The notes under the pieces were generated by a model. That model was given only the letters and a program-made list of their open reading frames with translations, had not been told where the DNA came from and ran no database searches. Shown here piece by piece: positions 27,746-38,046 of a stretch of DNA of 64,000 nt (position 1 is the stretch's first letter; each line of letters starts with the position of its first letter). A program made the position numbers and the translations under genes. The stretch comes from an uncultured Candidatus Binatia bacterium (GTDB lineage: Bacteria > Desulfobacterota > Binatia > UBA9968 > CAXXLF01), in contig OZ244621.1 in the NCBI GenBank assembly GCA_965218425.1, forward strand, positions 2,279,369 to 2,343,368, given 5' to 3'.

Positions 27746-28741
27746 TTAACTGCTTGCCTCTCTACTACTGGACTCCTTGAGTGTGAACCGCTTCTTCCAA
27801 TGGTACAGGTGCTGTTCAACCATATGCTTAATGTTCCCACCCGGCTGTTCCAATACGATTTTTCGGAGGATGTCAGTCCCGAAGTCCTCGACTTCCGCGA
27901 AGCTCAAGCCCCGCATTCGCTGTCCGAGACTACGCGGGGATAGCCCGAGCGGATGTCCGGTCCGCTTCTCGAACCGATTGAACCACTCCTCAATCTGACT
28001 TTGAGTGGGCTGCGGGAGCTCCAATCGAATCTGGAAGCGGCGCCATACGGCACGGTCGAGAAGTTCAGGATGGTTGCTGGCCGTCACGACCACTACGTAG
28101 CTGGGAAGGGCATCGATCTGGAGCAGCAGCGAACTCACGACTCGCTTAATCTCTCCGGTTTCGTGCAGGTCACCGCGTTCCTTTCCCACCGAGTCGAACT
28201 CGTCGAAGAACAGCACACAGTGGCGAGATCTGGCGTGCTCGAAGACTTGGCTTATCCTTTGCGCAGTCTCGCCCAGGTAGCTGCCGATGACTGCTTCATA
28301 GCGGACTACCATGAATGGAACGCTCAAGGCGTCGGCAAGTGCCTCCGCCAGAGTGGTCTTGCCATTCCCTGGAGGCCCGGCAAGCAGTATGCGGTTGCGC
28401 GGTTCGAGGTTGTACGACCGAAGCAGATCGGCGCGGTGCTGTTCGGTCACCAGTTCGCGAATGGTTTCCTCAGCATCGGCGGATAGTATAAGATCCTGCA
28501 GGCGGCGTACCGGGACAACATCTGCCACGAGAGGACCTGCCACCGAATGGGACGACCGTGACGCTGGCTGCGCATAGCGACCGTTCTCGATCTGAAGCTG
28601 CGCAAGCAACCGATCGGCTAGAATGGTGTGGTTCTTCGCACGCTCGTCGGCAGCCAGTGCCTCGACGGTCTTCCGGACTTGGCTCTCGTCGCCTTGTCTA
28701 CTGGCCTTTATCAGGCTCAGGATCAAGTCTGATCGTGCCAT
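27746..28741 (-). CDS. ietA: IetA-like AAA+ ATPase
   Basis: 331 aa; Walker A LLAGPPGNGKTTLA, Walker B VLFFDEFD, sensor region VVVTASNHPELLDRAVWRRF; directly upstream of and abutting the S8 peptidase gene. Confidence 0.65.
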   Translation of the reverse strand: MARSDLILSLIKASRQGDESQVRKTVEALAADERAKNHTILADRLLAQLQIENGRYAQPASRSSHSVAGPLVADVVPVRRLQDLILSADAEETIRELVTEQHRADLLRSYNLEPRNRILLAGPPGNGKTTLAEALADALSVPFMVVRYEAVIGSYLGETAQRISQVFEHARSRHCVLFFDEFDSVGKERGDLHETGEIKRVVSSLLLQIDALPSYVVVVTASNHPELLDRAVWRRFQIRLELPQPTQSQIEEWFNRFEKRTGHPLGLSPRSLGQRMRGLSFAEVEDFGTDILRKIVLEQPGGNIKHMVEQHLYHWKKRFTLKESSSREASS

Positions 28742-28743
28742 GG

Positions 28744-30804
28744 TTATCTCCTGTTACTCTCGGCAGGACGGTTAGACGTTTCGGCTGCCATAATCTTCTG
28801 TAGCAACCCCTCGGTTTCCTTCTCCACTGCCAGAATATCCGCCCGGATCTCTTCCAGCGTGCGCAGCGGCTGCGGCTTGTAGAAGTAGCGGGTGAAGCTG
28901 ATCTCGTAGCCGGTCTTGACGCTCGCCGGGTCGTACCAGGCGTCAGGGGCATAGGGCAGCACCTCGCGGCGAAGGAATGCTTCAATTCCGCCTTCCTCCA
29001 ACAGCGGCGCCTGCTCGGTGTCCCGCAGGTCGGTGTCCGGCTCGTACTCGACGACAGCCGGCTTGCCTTTGACGGTCGCCTCGAACAGGCCGCGCAGGGG
29101 GTCGGGCTCGACGCCCTTCCTGTGGATCTTCTTGATGACGGGCGGCGCGCTCTCGTCCCTCTCGGCGGTCTCCTTGAGCGCCTTGATCTCCTTCGGCGCG
29201 TAGACGCGGTCGGGGTCTATCCCCGTGAGCCGGAGGGGCCGCTCGACCGTCACCTTCCGATACCCGAAGGCGGCGTTCGGGAAGATCTTCGACTGCTCGG
29301 TCTCCTCGAAGGCCAGGAACGTGTCGCAGATGCGCTGGATGTCCTCGTCGGACAGCTCGCAGTTCTTCTTGCCGAGGTTCTTCCGGAGCGGCTTGTACCA
29401 GGGCGCGGCGTCGATGAGCTGGACCTTGCCTTGGCGATGGGCGGGTTTCCGGTTGGTCAGCACCCAGATGTAGGTGGCGATGCCGGTGTTGTAGAACATG
29501 TTGAGCGGCAGCGCGACGATCGCCTCCAGCCAGTCGTTTTCGATGATTCAGCGGCGGATGTTGCTCTCCCCCTGACCGGCGTCTCCGGTAAAGAGCGACG
29601 AGCCGTTGTGGACCTCGGCGATGCGGCTTCCCAGAGGGGCGCCGTGCTTCATCTTCGAGAGCATGTTCGCCAGGAACAGCATCTGACCGTCGCTGGAGCG
29701 GGTGATGAGCGAGTACTCGGCATCGCCGCCGTGTTCGATCAGAAAGCGCCGGTCCTTGATACCCTCCTTGCCGCCCAGGCGCTCCAGGTCGCTCTTCCAG
29801 CTCTTGCCGTAGGGCGGGTTGGAGAGCATGAAGTCGAACTCGCGGGACGGAAAGGCGTCGTTGGAGAGCGTCGAGTGTTCCGGCCCCCCGATGATGTTGT
29901 CGGCGGCTTCCCCCTCGCCCTTGAGGAGGAGGTCAGCCTTGGCGATGGCGTAGGTCTCGGCGTTGATCTCCTGGCCGTAGAGATGGGTGGCCGCCTGCTT
30001 GCCGCGCTGCCCGGCAATCTGCGTCAACGCCTCCTCGGCCACCGTCAACATGCCTCCGGTGCCGCAGGCGCCGTCGTATACCAGGTAGGTCCCGGAGTCG
30101 ATCCGGTCGGCGACAGGCAGGAGGACCAGCTTCGCCATGAGCTGCACGGCATCGCGGGGGGTCCAGTGCTCGCCGGCCTCCTCGTTGTTCTCCTCGTTGA
30201 AGCGGCGGACCAGCTCCTCGAAGACCGTGCCCATCGCGTGGTTATCGAGGCCGGGGTGTTTGATCGACCCGTCGCCGTGGAGGACCGGGTGCGGACTCAG
30301 GTTCACGTCCGGCGAAAGGAACTTCTCGATCAGCGTGCCGAGGGCGTCGGCCTTGGACAGGCGGGGGATCTGGTTCCGAAACTCGAACTTCTCCAGGATG
30401 TCCTGCACGTTCGGCGAGAAGCCGTCGAGATACGCCTCGAAGTCGGCCTTGAGCTGCTGTTGGCCGGCGCGGGCCTTGAGGTCGGGCAGCGTGAACTTCG
30501 ATGTGTTGTGGAACGCCTGGCCGGCGGCCTGACGCAGTGCCTGGTCCTGGTGGATGATCTTCGCCTGGTCGAGCGAGGCCTTCATCTCCAGCACGGCCGG
30601 CTTGCTCGGCTCCAGGAGGGAGTCGAGCCGCCGCAGCACGGTCATGGGCAAGATCACATCCCGATACTTGCCGCGGACGTAGAGGTCTCGCAGCACGTCA
30701 TCCGCGATGCCCCAGATGAAGTTGGCGATCCAGCCGAGTTGAGATTGGTCCACGGGAATCCTGGAAAGGCTCTGCCGGGATGTCCTTTTCGGCCGCCCCG
30801 GCAC
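28744..30804 (-). pseudogene. hsdM: type I R-M N6-adenine DNA methyltransferase HsdM with in-frame TGA at a conserved Trp position
   Basis: ORF 29548..30804 contains the HsdM N-domain and catalytic NPPYG, and stops at TGA (29548-29550) in ...FTGDAGQGESNIRR-TGA-IIENDWLEAIVALP... The frame then continues into ORF 28744..29499 (MFYNTGIATYIWVLTNRK...). Confidence 0.75.
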
Positions 30805-31386
30805 GTATTATTTAAGGTAACCGATCCACGGCCGCGATACAATGTATTGTATTGGGCCGCCACATCTTGCACTCTTCGGGTCTTCGCGTGCTCAATGAGA
30901 TGAGCCAACCCCCCGGGTGCAATGTCTTCGCAATAAGCTTCCCTGAAGGCTGTGGTCGGGACAATCGCTGACTTGTTCAGCGCCTCGATACCGTAGCAGC
31001 GTCCCCTCCGGTCACTACCGCTTTTTTGGTGTAGTTCGATCAATCGAAATGAACGAAACACGTTATCTACTGCACAAGACGTGACCCAGTGTTGCGCTCG
31101 GCGACGTCGTAGGCTCAGAATGAGGCGCCGCCCACCCCGATTTAACGGCCCTGAAAGGGCCGTTTTTCGACCCCTAAATGCCCCGGAAAATCCGGCCGGT
31201 TTCCGGCCCATTTCCAATTATTTCCGTCCGCCTACGCTCAATCGGTCAATCCCCCGGCGTGCTCTTCTACGTTTCATGATGCGATAGTAGGCGCCAGGGC
31301 ACTCGATCCGCAGTGGACGTGACATGCGTGGGACTCACTACGGCCAAGTTATCGCTATTCGTCCACCGATTATCACCCGGTCTCAC

Positions 31387-32178
31387 TTACTTGACAGTAT
31401 CGAACCCGGCCATGTCCTTCGCCCGCGAGGGCTCGATCCGTTCGACTCCGTCGTCATCGACGGTGAAAAAAGACCTCTCCTCGTACATGCAGCCGGACGG
31501 GCAGTCGCCCCAAGCCCTACGGAAGATGACATGCCAGGTCCCGCGCGACTTCGTTGCTTCGATATCGGAACCATCTCCAAGCAGCACATCGGGCTCCGCG
31601 TAGCTGACGCACTCCATCGCCTGGTAAGCCCTCCTCGCTGCGTCGATGTTCAGCGGTTCGTCGAAGTACATGGCGACCACACCGGTGGAGAAGAACGGCC
31701 GCACGGCCCACAGACCTAGTTTTGCATTGAGGGCATCGAACTCCGCGCGTGCGGTGCGGAGCGGGACGGAACCGCGTTCATCGTCAAGGAGACCGGACAC
31801 GGCTTCCAACAGCTTCGGCTCCAGACCGAGAAGAAGCGTCCCGAGCTTATGATCCTCCCGTGCGGAGATCTCCGCCATCGCCGGATACGCGTCTCGGATC
31901 CGCGCCAGAACCCGCCCGATCTCGCGGCCGAGCTCGCGTCGCCGACTTGCGTCCAACAACAAGTCATCGCTTTCTCTTCGCAGGATGCGATCGGCCAGAA
32001 CGGCAGCTTCCGTGGAGGCCGACGGTTGCCAGGGGTCCGCGCGGGCGAAGATCCGGACTTCGGCCTCTGCCGATGCTTCCGGGGGCGATGCGCCGCAGCC
32101 TGCCAGGGCCAGGGCGCAGCACGCCGCAAACCCGAAGCAAATCCACTCGGTCGGCCCTTTCAGACGTGACAGATCCAT
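31387..32178 (-). CDS. hypothetical lipoprotein
   Basis: Signal peptide plus lipobox (…CCALALAGCGAS…); no family recognised. Confidence 0.4.
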   Translation of the reverse strand: MDLSRLKGPTEWICFGFAACCALALAGCGASPPEASAEAEVRIFARADPWQPSASTEAAVLADRILRRESDDLLLDASRRRELGREIGRVLARIRDAYPAMAEISAREDHKLGTLLLGLEPKLLEAVSGLLDDERGSVPLRTARAEFDALNAKLGLWAVRPFFSTGVVAMYFDEPLNIDAARRAYQAMECVSYAEPDVLLGDGSDIEATKSRGTWHVIFRRAWGDCPSGCMYEERSFFTVDDDGVERIEPSRAKDMAGFDTVK

Positions 32179-32969
32179 CTCGAACGAAACACTCCTTAGC
32201 CGGCTGCCGACAATAAAGTATTTTAATTTATATAGCAACGGCATGTTCCCAGGACGCAAAGGCAAGTGGTCGGCTATTTCGATAATGCTGAGATGACACT
32301 AAATGACGAGCCGGATTCAAATTGAACTCACAGGCGTGAAGTATATTGAGCGGCTCGACCTGAAAATCGTCGAACAGAATCTGCCGATAGCTATCAACAA
32401 TTAGATCGCCCCGCCTTGGTTCACGCGAAGGGAACGGAATGACCGGGCATATTTCGTCTGGCCGCAGTTTTTCGCGGATCAAGGACAAGCGTTCGGCCAG
32501 TCTTGAACAGCTTTGTACCGCTATATTGTCTCCAGATAATAACGTTCCGTAACGGCTATATAAAGCTTTTAATCATGTGGAGGTATCCGGAGTGCAGGAT
32601 TACCCGTCTTCAGTTGTCCGGCAAAATAACCGACTGAAGCCTAACATTCGTTGCTACCTGTAGAGGTCAACACAGGTATTCGAACAGAAAACAAAATGAA
32701 ATTGGCATTGAAGTCAGGTATGATTTTTCGTATTTCGAACCTGCCACAAAATAGAAAGCCGCACGAAAATTGGTTAGCCCCGCCGATGGAATCGGTATGG
32801 GGCATAACCCGCCCGGTACTGAGGACCGAGGTGCACGTTCGGTTCCCGGCTCAACTCCGCCGCCCGCTCCAGGTCCCCCGCCTGGTGCGCTTCCTTCCGT
32901 CGATCCACGGGCTTTCGCCGGGCGCCGTCGCTGCCTTGCTCCGATCGACCGGCCCGCAGGGTCACAGAC

Positions 32970-33821
32970 CTACTCCACCGCTGCGATCCATTCCTTCTTC
33001 CAGGCCCCGACGCTCTTCCCTGTGACCCTCAAGATGCTTCCCCCGGTATCGCTGGCGGAATAGATCCGCATGATTTTCGAAACGCCTGTGTTCTTTAGGA
33101 GATAGCCGACGTAGGAGCCGGCAAAGATGTAGAACATCCGGCGCACGCGCCGATCATGAAATCCCGGAACGCCGTTTTTACCGATGAGATCCAAGGCTTC
33201 CAACGCCGTGTGTCGCCCCTCACGCAGCAGGTCTCGCGTCAATTCGTCAATCGGCGTGCCGAAATTCGGGAACGCCGGAAAGCCATCCAAGCGGTCGTTC
33301 AGATGCGCCGCCAGCCCCTCCTTCAGCCACAGTGCGTGCCAATCCCAACCGATAATATGAACCGTCTCGTGAAGAAAGGGCGTCCGCTGTTGCTTGGCGA
33401 AAGAGAGGAAGATGATGGGATGTAGGTATTTTCGGGGCTGGTAGCCGGTTATCGTGTGCGAAGGCTTGCGTCGGCTATGGACGAAATATTCGATCCTCTT
33501 CTGCTTATAGATATTGCTTGGAAACTTGACCCCCAAGAACGCTTCAACTTCGGCAATCCCCTTGTCGATCCGGCGATGCAGCTGTCGCGAAACGTCCTTG
33601 GAGAGGTAATCCGCTTCCACCCAGACAATGGAACGTTCGGAGACAAGCTTTTGCCCGCTCTCTTTGATGGACTCGATCATGCGGATGTCGCGGCACTTCC
33701 CTGCGATTGGCCCGTGCAGGCATTCTGCGGCCTGTCCTCTCCCCGCCTGAGTGGCTATGAGAGCGCAGCCTATGACCAACGCCGAGCGCCGAATGGGCCA
33801 TGTTTTCCATACGCCCCGCAT
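32970..33821 (-). CDS. hypothetical secreted protein with HExxH motif (possible metallopeptidase-like)
   Basis: N-terminal signal-like segment; FLHETVHIIGWDWH contains HExxH; otherwise no recognisable family. Confidence 0.35.
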   Translation of the reverse strand: MRGVWKTWPIRRSALVIGCALIATQAGRGQAAECLHGPIAGKCRDIRMIESIKESGQKLVSERSIVWVEADYLSKDVSRQLHRRIDKGIAEVEAFLGVKFPSNIYKQKRIEYFVHSRRKPSHTITGYQPRKYLHPIIFLSFAKQQRTPFLHETVHIIGWDWHALWLKEGLAAHLNDRLDGFPAFPNFGTPIDELTRDLLREGRHTALEALDLIGKNGVPGFHDRRVRRMFYIFAGSYVGYLLKNTGVSKIMRIYSASDTGGSILRVTGKSVGAWKKEWIAAVE

Positions 33822-34412
33822 GATCGTCCTTTTTTAAAATTAACCCGATTCCGCTCTTCCAGTCAACATAGCCCCTGGTAGTGGTTCAGTCTGAGCCGTC
33901 GGAAAAGAGTTTTCCCGTTGACCGTCATACTTGCTGGGGTAATATTCAATGCATGCCAACCAAAGGACCGGGTAAGAAGCGAGACTTCACACAGATCGCC
34001 AAAGCCATCATCGACAAGGTGACCGGCAACACCCCACCAGAGAAACCGGATACCAGAAACCCGCACTCTGTCGCGCTGAGCAGGCTATGCGCGAGCAAAA
34101 GAGGGTAAGCGCGGGCCAAAAGCCTTTCAGCGAAGCGACGAAGGGAAATAGCTCAAAATGCAGTACTGGTGGCGAGCAGCAGGCAGAATATCATATTTGG
34201 AAAGGCGTTAAAGATTCCCCCTTGTCCCCGGAGAGGGATGCCGCTTGCTTACAGCCGGTAAGTGCTTGTTGACCCGACAATCAAAAAACCGCCGCTATCG
34301 AGGCCACGGAATCCGTTGGGTCAAATGTCGATCAACGTCCGATCGCCCTCCGGCATAGCGGCATTGAGCGGCAACTGGAGTCAGTTGCCGCCGTCTGCCG
34401 TTATTCTTGACC

Positions 34413-35975
34413 CTATTTATCCAGCCAGAGGTAATTGAGCCCGCCGCCATGGTAGCGGAAGTGACCCCCACTATCCGTATTGAAGCCCTTGACGTAGTCC
34501 CGGAACATAAAAAAGCGGGGTGTAAAGCCGATGGGTATATCCGGTATGTCTTCGGTCACTTTGGCGACAATTTTTTGAAAGAGTTCCTTCCGCTTCTCGG
34601 GATCGGACTCGACCTCGGCCTGTTTAATGAATGAGTCCATCTCCTTGTCGCAGTAACCGGCTGAATTTGCGGCCCGTTTCTTCAGATCGTGTTCGCATAT
34701 GAACTCAGGCCCATACGTAGGGTAAGGATCGGGATCGAATGAACCCCCGGAAAACCTCAAGGCGAAATCGCCTGAGCGTTGGCTTGCGACATAGGCACTG
34801 TAGTCCATGACCTGAAGGACGACCTTCAAGCCGATCTTTTTAAGCTGGGCCTGAAGCGTTGCCCCTTCGGTTTCCATGTCTTCGCCCTGCCGCCCCGTGA
34901 TCGCGATCGGCTCTCCCTTATAGCCGGATTCCTTCAGGAGGGCTTTGGCCTTTTTGAGATCCAGCTTCGGCGTAGGTATCCCCTTGAAATGCCAGACATG
35001 CCCCTTGGGATATAGTTGGTTGGTAGTTTCTCCAAACCCAAAATAGGCTGCCTCTAGAATTTCCTTTTTGTTGATGGCATGGGCTACGGCCTGGCGCAGC
35101 TTCTTGTTGTTGAAGGGCGCGCCTGCGACGTTAAAGTTGAGGTGGCGATAACCGGCATGAGGGGCTTGCACATGGCGGATCCCTTTGATCTTGCCATTGA
35201 GGACCTGCTTCACCCACTCGTAGGGAGCCCGCTCGATGATGTCCACGTCTCCCGCGCGCAATGCCGTGAAGCGCACGGTGGAATTCCGGATGGGCCTGAT
35301 TACGAGCTTGTCGATGAAGGCCTTGTGCCCCCAATAGCCGTCATAGCGTTCGAGGACGATTCGCTGCCTGGCCCGCCACTCAACGAACTTGAACGGCCCG
35401 GTCCCCGGGGGAAACGAGCTGGGCTTGGAAATACCCGCTTGCACGGATTCTTTGGGGATGACGGAAAAGGCGCGGATGTCCGAAAGCAGCGAAAGAAACG
35501 CCGGGCTGGCTTTTTTCAGGGAAATCTTCAGCGTATGTTTATCTACGGCTTCCGCCCGCTCAACCAGGGTGAGCCGGACAAAACCGTAGGCTCCATTCTT
35601 GGGATTCTTCGTGTAGTCGATGGCGAACTTCGCGTCTTCTGCCGTCACCTCCCGGCCGTTGTGGAATTTGACTCCTTTGCGCAGCCGGAACGTATATTGC
35701 CTGCCGTCCTTGGAGATCTCCCACGACTCGGCGAGGTTCGGGCGAATTTTTCCCTCTAGATCAATGGTCAAGAGCGACTCGAACATGAGGTCACGGAGGG
35801 ATTTATCGGTGGATGAAGTTCTGACCAGAGGGTTCATCATGGTCAGATCCTTACGGGTTGAAAAGGTTAAAGTGCCGCCCCGCTTGGGTTGGCCTTGCGC
35901 GTTACCGGCCGGCGCCGCAAGGGCCAATAAGAAGGATGATAAAACTAGGCCTGCAATAATATTCCATTGCTTCAT
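34413..35975 (-). CDS. ABC transporter substrate-binding protein, family 5 (peptide/nickel type)
   Basis: 520 aa, signal peptide, SBP_bac_5-like sequence throughout. Confidence 0.8.
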   Translation of the reverse strand: MKQWNIIAGLVLSSFLLALAAPAGNAQGQPKRGGTLTFSTRKDLTMMNPLVRTSSTDKSLRDLMFESLLTIDLEGKIRPNLAESWEISKDGRQYTFRLRKGVKFHNGREVTAEDAKFAIDYTKNPKNGAYGFVRLTLVERAEAVDKHTLKISLKKASPAFLSLLSDIRAFSVIPKESVQAGISKPSSFPPGTGPFKFVEWRARQRIVLERYDGYWGHKAFIDKLVIRPIRNSTVRFTALRAGDVDIIERAPYEWVKQVLNGKIKGIRHVQAPHAGYRHLNFNVAGAPFNNKKLRQAVAHAINKKEILEAAYFGFGETTNQLYPKGHVWHFKGIPTPKLDLKKAKALLKESGYKGEPIAITGRQGEDMETEGATLQAQLKKIGLKVVLQVMDYSAYVASQRSGDFALRFSGGSFDPDPYPTYGPEFICEHDLKKRAANSAGYCDKEMDSFIKQAEVESDPEKRKELFQKIVAKVTEDIPDIPIGFTPRFFMFRDYVKGFNTDSGGHFRYHGGGLNYLWLDK

Positions 35976-36014
35976 GGTAAAGCCCTCCTTTTGAAGCGAT
36001 TGATTACCATTAGG

Positions 36015-36245
36015 TCATGGCCATGTCAATATCTCGCCCGCCGGCCGGTCTTGCCGTCGGGGAGATGGATCGCGGCGTCGAACCGGGCGGCGGCATCGGC
36101 GTGGTCGATTTCGTCGATCGGCCTCCTGCCGAAGGCGGGGAGGATGCGGGCCTTGAGATAGATGCGCGCGGTCTTGCGCCCGGAGGGTTTCCAATTGGGG
36201 TCGGGGCGGCGCAGATATTGCTCGGCGAACGCCTTGAAAGATTGA
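36015..36245 (-). pseudogene. remnant of a P4-type tyrosine integrase (N-terminal SAM-like domain fragment only)
   Basis: Minus-strand frame without start codon: ...RPWLFQSFKAFAEQYLRRPDPNWKPSGRKTARIYLKARILPAFGRRPIDEIDHADAAARFDAA... matches the integrase N-terminal domain; catalytic domain absent. Confidence 0.5.
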
Positions 36246-36320
36246 AACAGCCAAGGTCTTGTTGTACCGATCTTTCAGTTCCTGTAGCGTCGGCCTTAAC
36301 GGGCCGGTGAGGATTGAAAT

Positions 36321-36959
36321 ATGATCAAGGCTGCATTCCTGACCTGTTTGACGGTCGTGCACGCGATCCTGTTGGCAAGCGCCGCCGGGGCCCGGTCGAT
36401 GGAAGCGGCGCACGCCGCATTCGCCGAAGGCCGATTTGTCAAGGCCGCCGAGATCGGCCAAGCCCTCAAGACATCCGACGGATATGCGCTGGCGGCCAAG
36501 TCGCTGGCGATACACGGCTACTTAATCGCAAAAGAGGAAGAGAAGCAGGCTTTGTTCGACCGCGCCATGCTGTTGGCGGAAGAGGCGGTCCGGCTCGACG
36601 CGGCCAATCCGGAGGCCCATCTCCAGTCGGCCCATGCCATGGGCCGATACGCGCAGACAATCGGCATGTTGCAAGCAGTCAGTGGAGGATATGCGACGAA
36701 GGTGCGCGAGGCCGTCGGAGAGGCGCTACGGCTGGACCCGAAAATGGCGGCCGCTCATTTGGGCCTGGCCACGTGGCACGCGGAACTCGTCAACGGCGCG
36801 GGTTTAATGTCCGGTTTTCTTTATGGGGCTACCGAAAAGCAAGCTCATGCACACTACGAGCGGACCCTTGAGCTTGCGCCCGATGAAAAGGTGGCGTTTG
36901 TCGAATACGCGTTCGGCCTTTTGCTGATGGGCGACCATAAACCGCGAGCAGGCGCGTGA
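36321..36959 (+). CDS. hypothetical exported protein (TPR-like helical)
   Basis: N-terminal signal peptide (MIKAAFLTCLTVVHAILLASAAGA); no family assigned. Confidence 0.4.
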   Translation: MIKAAFLTCLTVVHAILLASAAGARSMEAAHAAFAEGRFVKAAEIGQALKTSDGYALAAKSLAIHGYLIAKEEEKQALFDRAMLLAEEAVRLDAANPEAHLQSAHAMGRYAQTIGMLQAVSGGYATKVREAVGEALRLDPKMAAAHLGLATWHAELVNGAGLMSGFLYGATEKQAHAHYERTLELAPDEKVAFVEYAFGLLLMGDHKPRAGA

Positions 36960-37570
36960 TTTGCTCATGAGCGCGATCAAGATGCCGTCCAAGGACGCTT
37001 TCGACCGTCTCATTCACCAAAAGGCGGTGGAGCGACTGGCGTCCCTCGACGGCAGGTAGTCAAGTCGAAGAAGTTCGAAGTCTGAAGTTTGAAAATAGGG
37101 CAAAGGCTTTTCTTCTCCCTATAATCCGCACCGCGACGCTTACGGGATAACCTCAAAGCTCATTTGCCGGAGGTGATGGTCCAACGTCAATGCCCGGCAA
37201 ATTCGCAATTCTCGCATGAGAACAAAGCCGCGGCAGTTGGTAAAGGGGAACTCCTTGTCCCGGTAGCGGAAGAAGGGCGACCGTGCCAATTCTCTTCGTG
37301 CTTCGTCAATGGACTCGATCCGCAGTCGCGCCGCGCCGTCGATTTGCGGCTACCAAGCTTCAGCGGCATCAAGACCAAGGCGGAACCGGATGGTGGTTAA
37401 CGTCTCGTCGATCACATAGTCGGTGGTCGCTAGCGCGCCTCCCTCCGATAACCGTTGACCCCGAGCTTGCCGTATGGCCGAGTTCGCGGCATCGGTGCGG
37501 TCGGTGGCGGCAATCTACTTTTGAGGACCAAGGTCTGAATGCCAGACCTATTCATCGGATATTTCACGTC

Positions 37571-38044
37571 TCAAATAGTGACACAAGGAACCGATTCCCG
37601 GTCAACCGGACGTTCAGCTTCAGCCAAGTTTCGAAGCGGCGTTGCCAAGGAGACTTCTCGCCTCCTCGAAGGATGTAATGCGAAGAGGACCGAGCACGCC
37701 GGCGTCTCGGCGGCCTCCGTTTGGCAGAAGAAAAACCGCCGGCTATCGAACTCCTCCGGGTCCGTCCAGTGCTCCAACAGTCGCTTGGTAATTCCCGTAA
37801 CGCCCGGATACCCGGCTTCGCGCCATGCCCGCACGCACGGCCGAATCCGGTTGACCAGAGGGATCTCGATGAAATGGCCCGGGTCATCGAATGATCGGGA
37901 GCCCTCCGAGGCAATGACGTATCCGGCCGGGCGACGACCTTCTGCAAGATCGAACAGATGCGTCGTCCGATCGTAACTCCAGTGCCGGGCCGGCTCCTCG
38001 TAGGGTGAGTTGACGATCAGCTGGTCAATAGTTGTTCGCGCCAT
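37571..38044 (-). pseudogene. N-terminal fragment of a type III restriction Res-subunit / DEAD-box helicase family protein
   Basis: MARTTIDQLIVNSPYEEPARHWSYDRTTHLFDLAEGRRPAGYVIASEGSRSFDDPGHFIEIPLVNRIRPCVRAWREAGYPGVTGITKRLLEHWTDPEE...RRFFFCQTEAAET matches the characteristic N-terminus of res-like helicases; ORF only 157 aa. Confidence 0.55.
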
Positions 38045-38046
38045 TA

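Noticed and set aside
29548-29550. TGA inside hsdM as a possible selenocysteine
   Set aside because: The aligned residue in HsdM methyltransferases is an invariant Trp (…IRRWIIENDWLEA…), not Cys. Trp to stop by a G-to-A change is the parsimonious reading, so it is called a nonsense lesion or error rather than Sec.
29122-30903. 593-aa plus-strand ORF
   Set aside because: Antisense to hsdM; same high-GC artefact pattern.
30654-31217. 187-aa minus-strand ORF upstream of hsdM containing …AIVPTTAFREAYCEDIAPGGLAHLIEHAKTRR…
   Set aside because: Composite ORF overlapping the hsdM start region and upstream spacer; the middle segment might be a gene remnant but I could not assign a family or find a credible start, so it is not called.
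32228-32488. 86-aa minus-strand ORF (…PRRGDLIVDSYRQILFDDFQVEPLNIL…)
   Set aside because: No start context or family match that I can support; possibly a remnant, left unannotated.
33881-34108. Small basic ORF MPTKGPGKKRDFTQIAKAIIDKVTGN… (51-75 aa)
   Set aside because: Plausible small protein but no RBS or family evidence strong enough; noted only.
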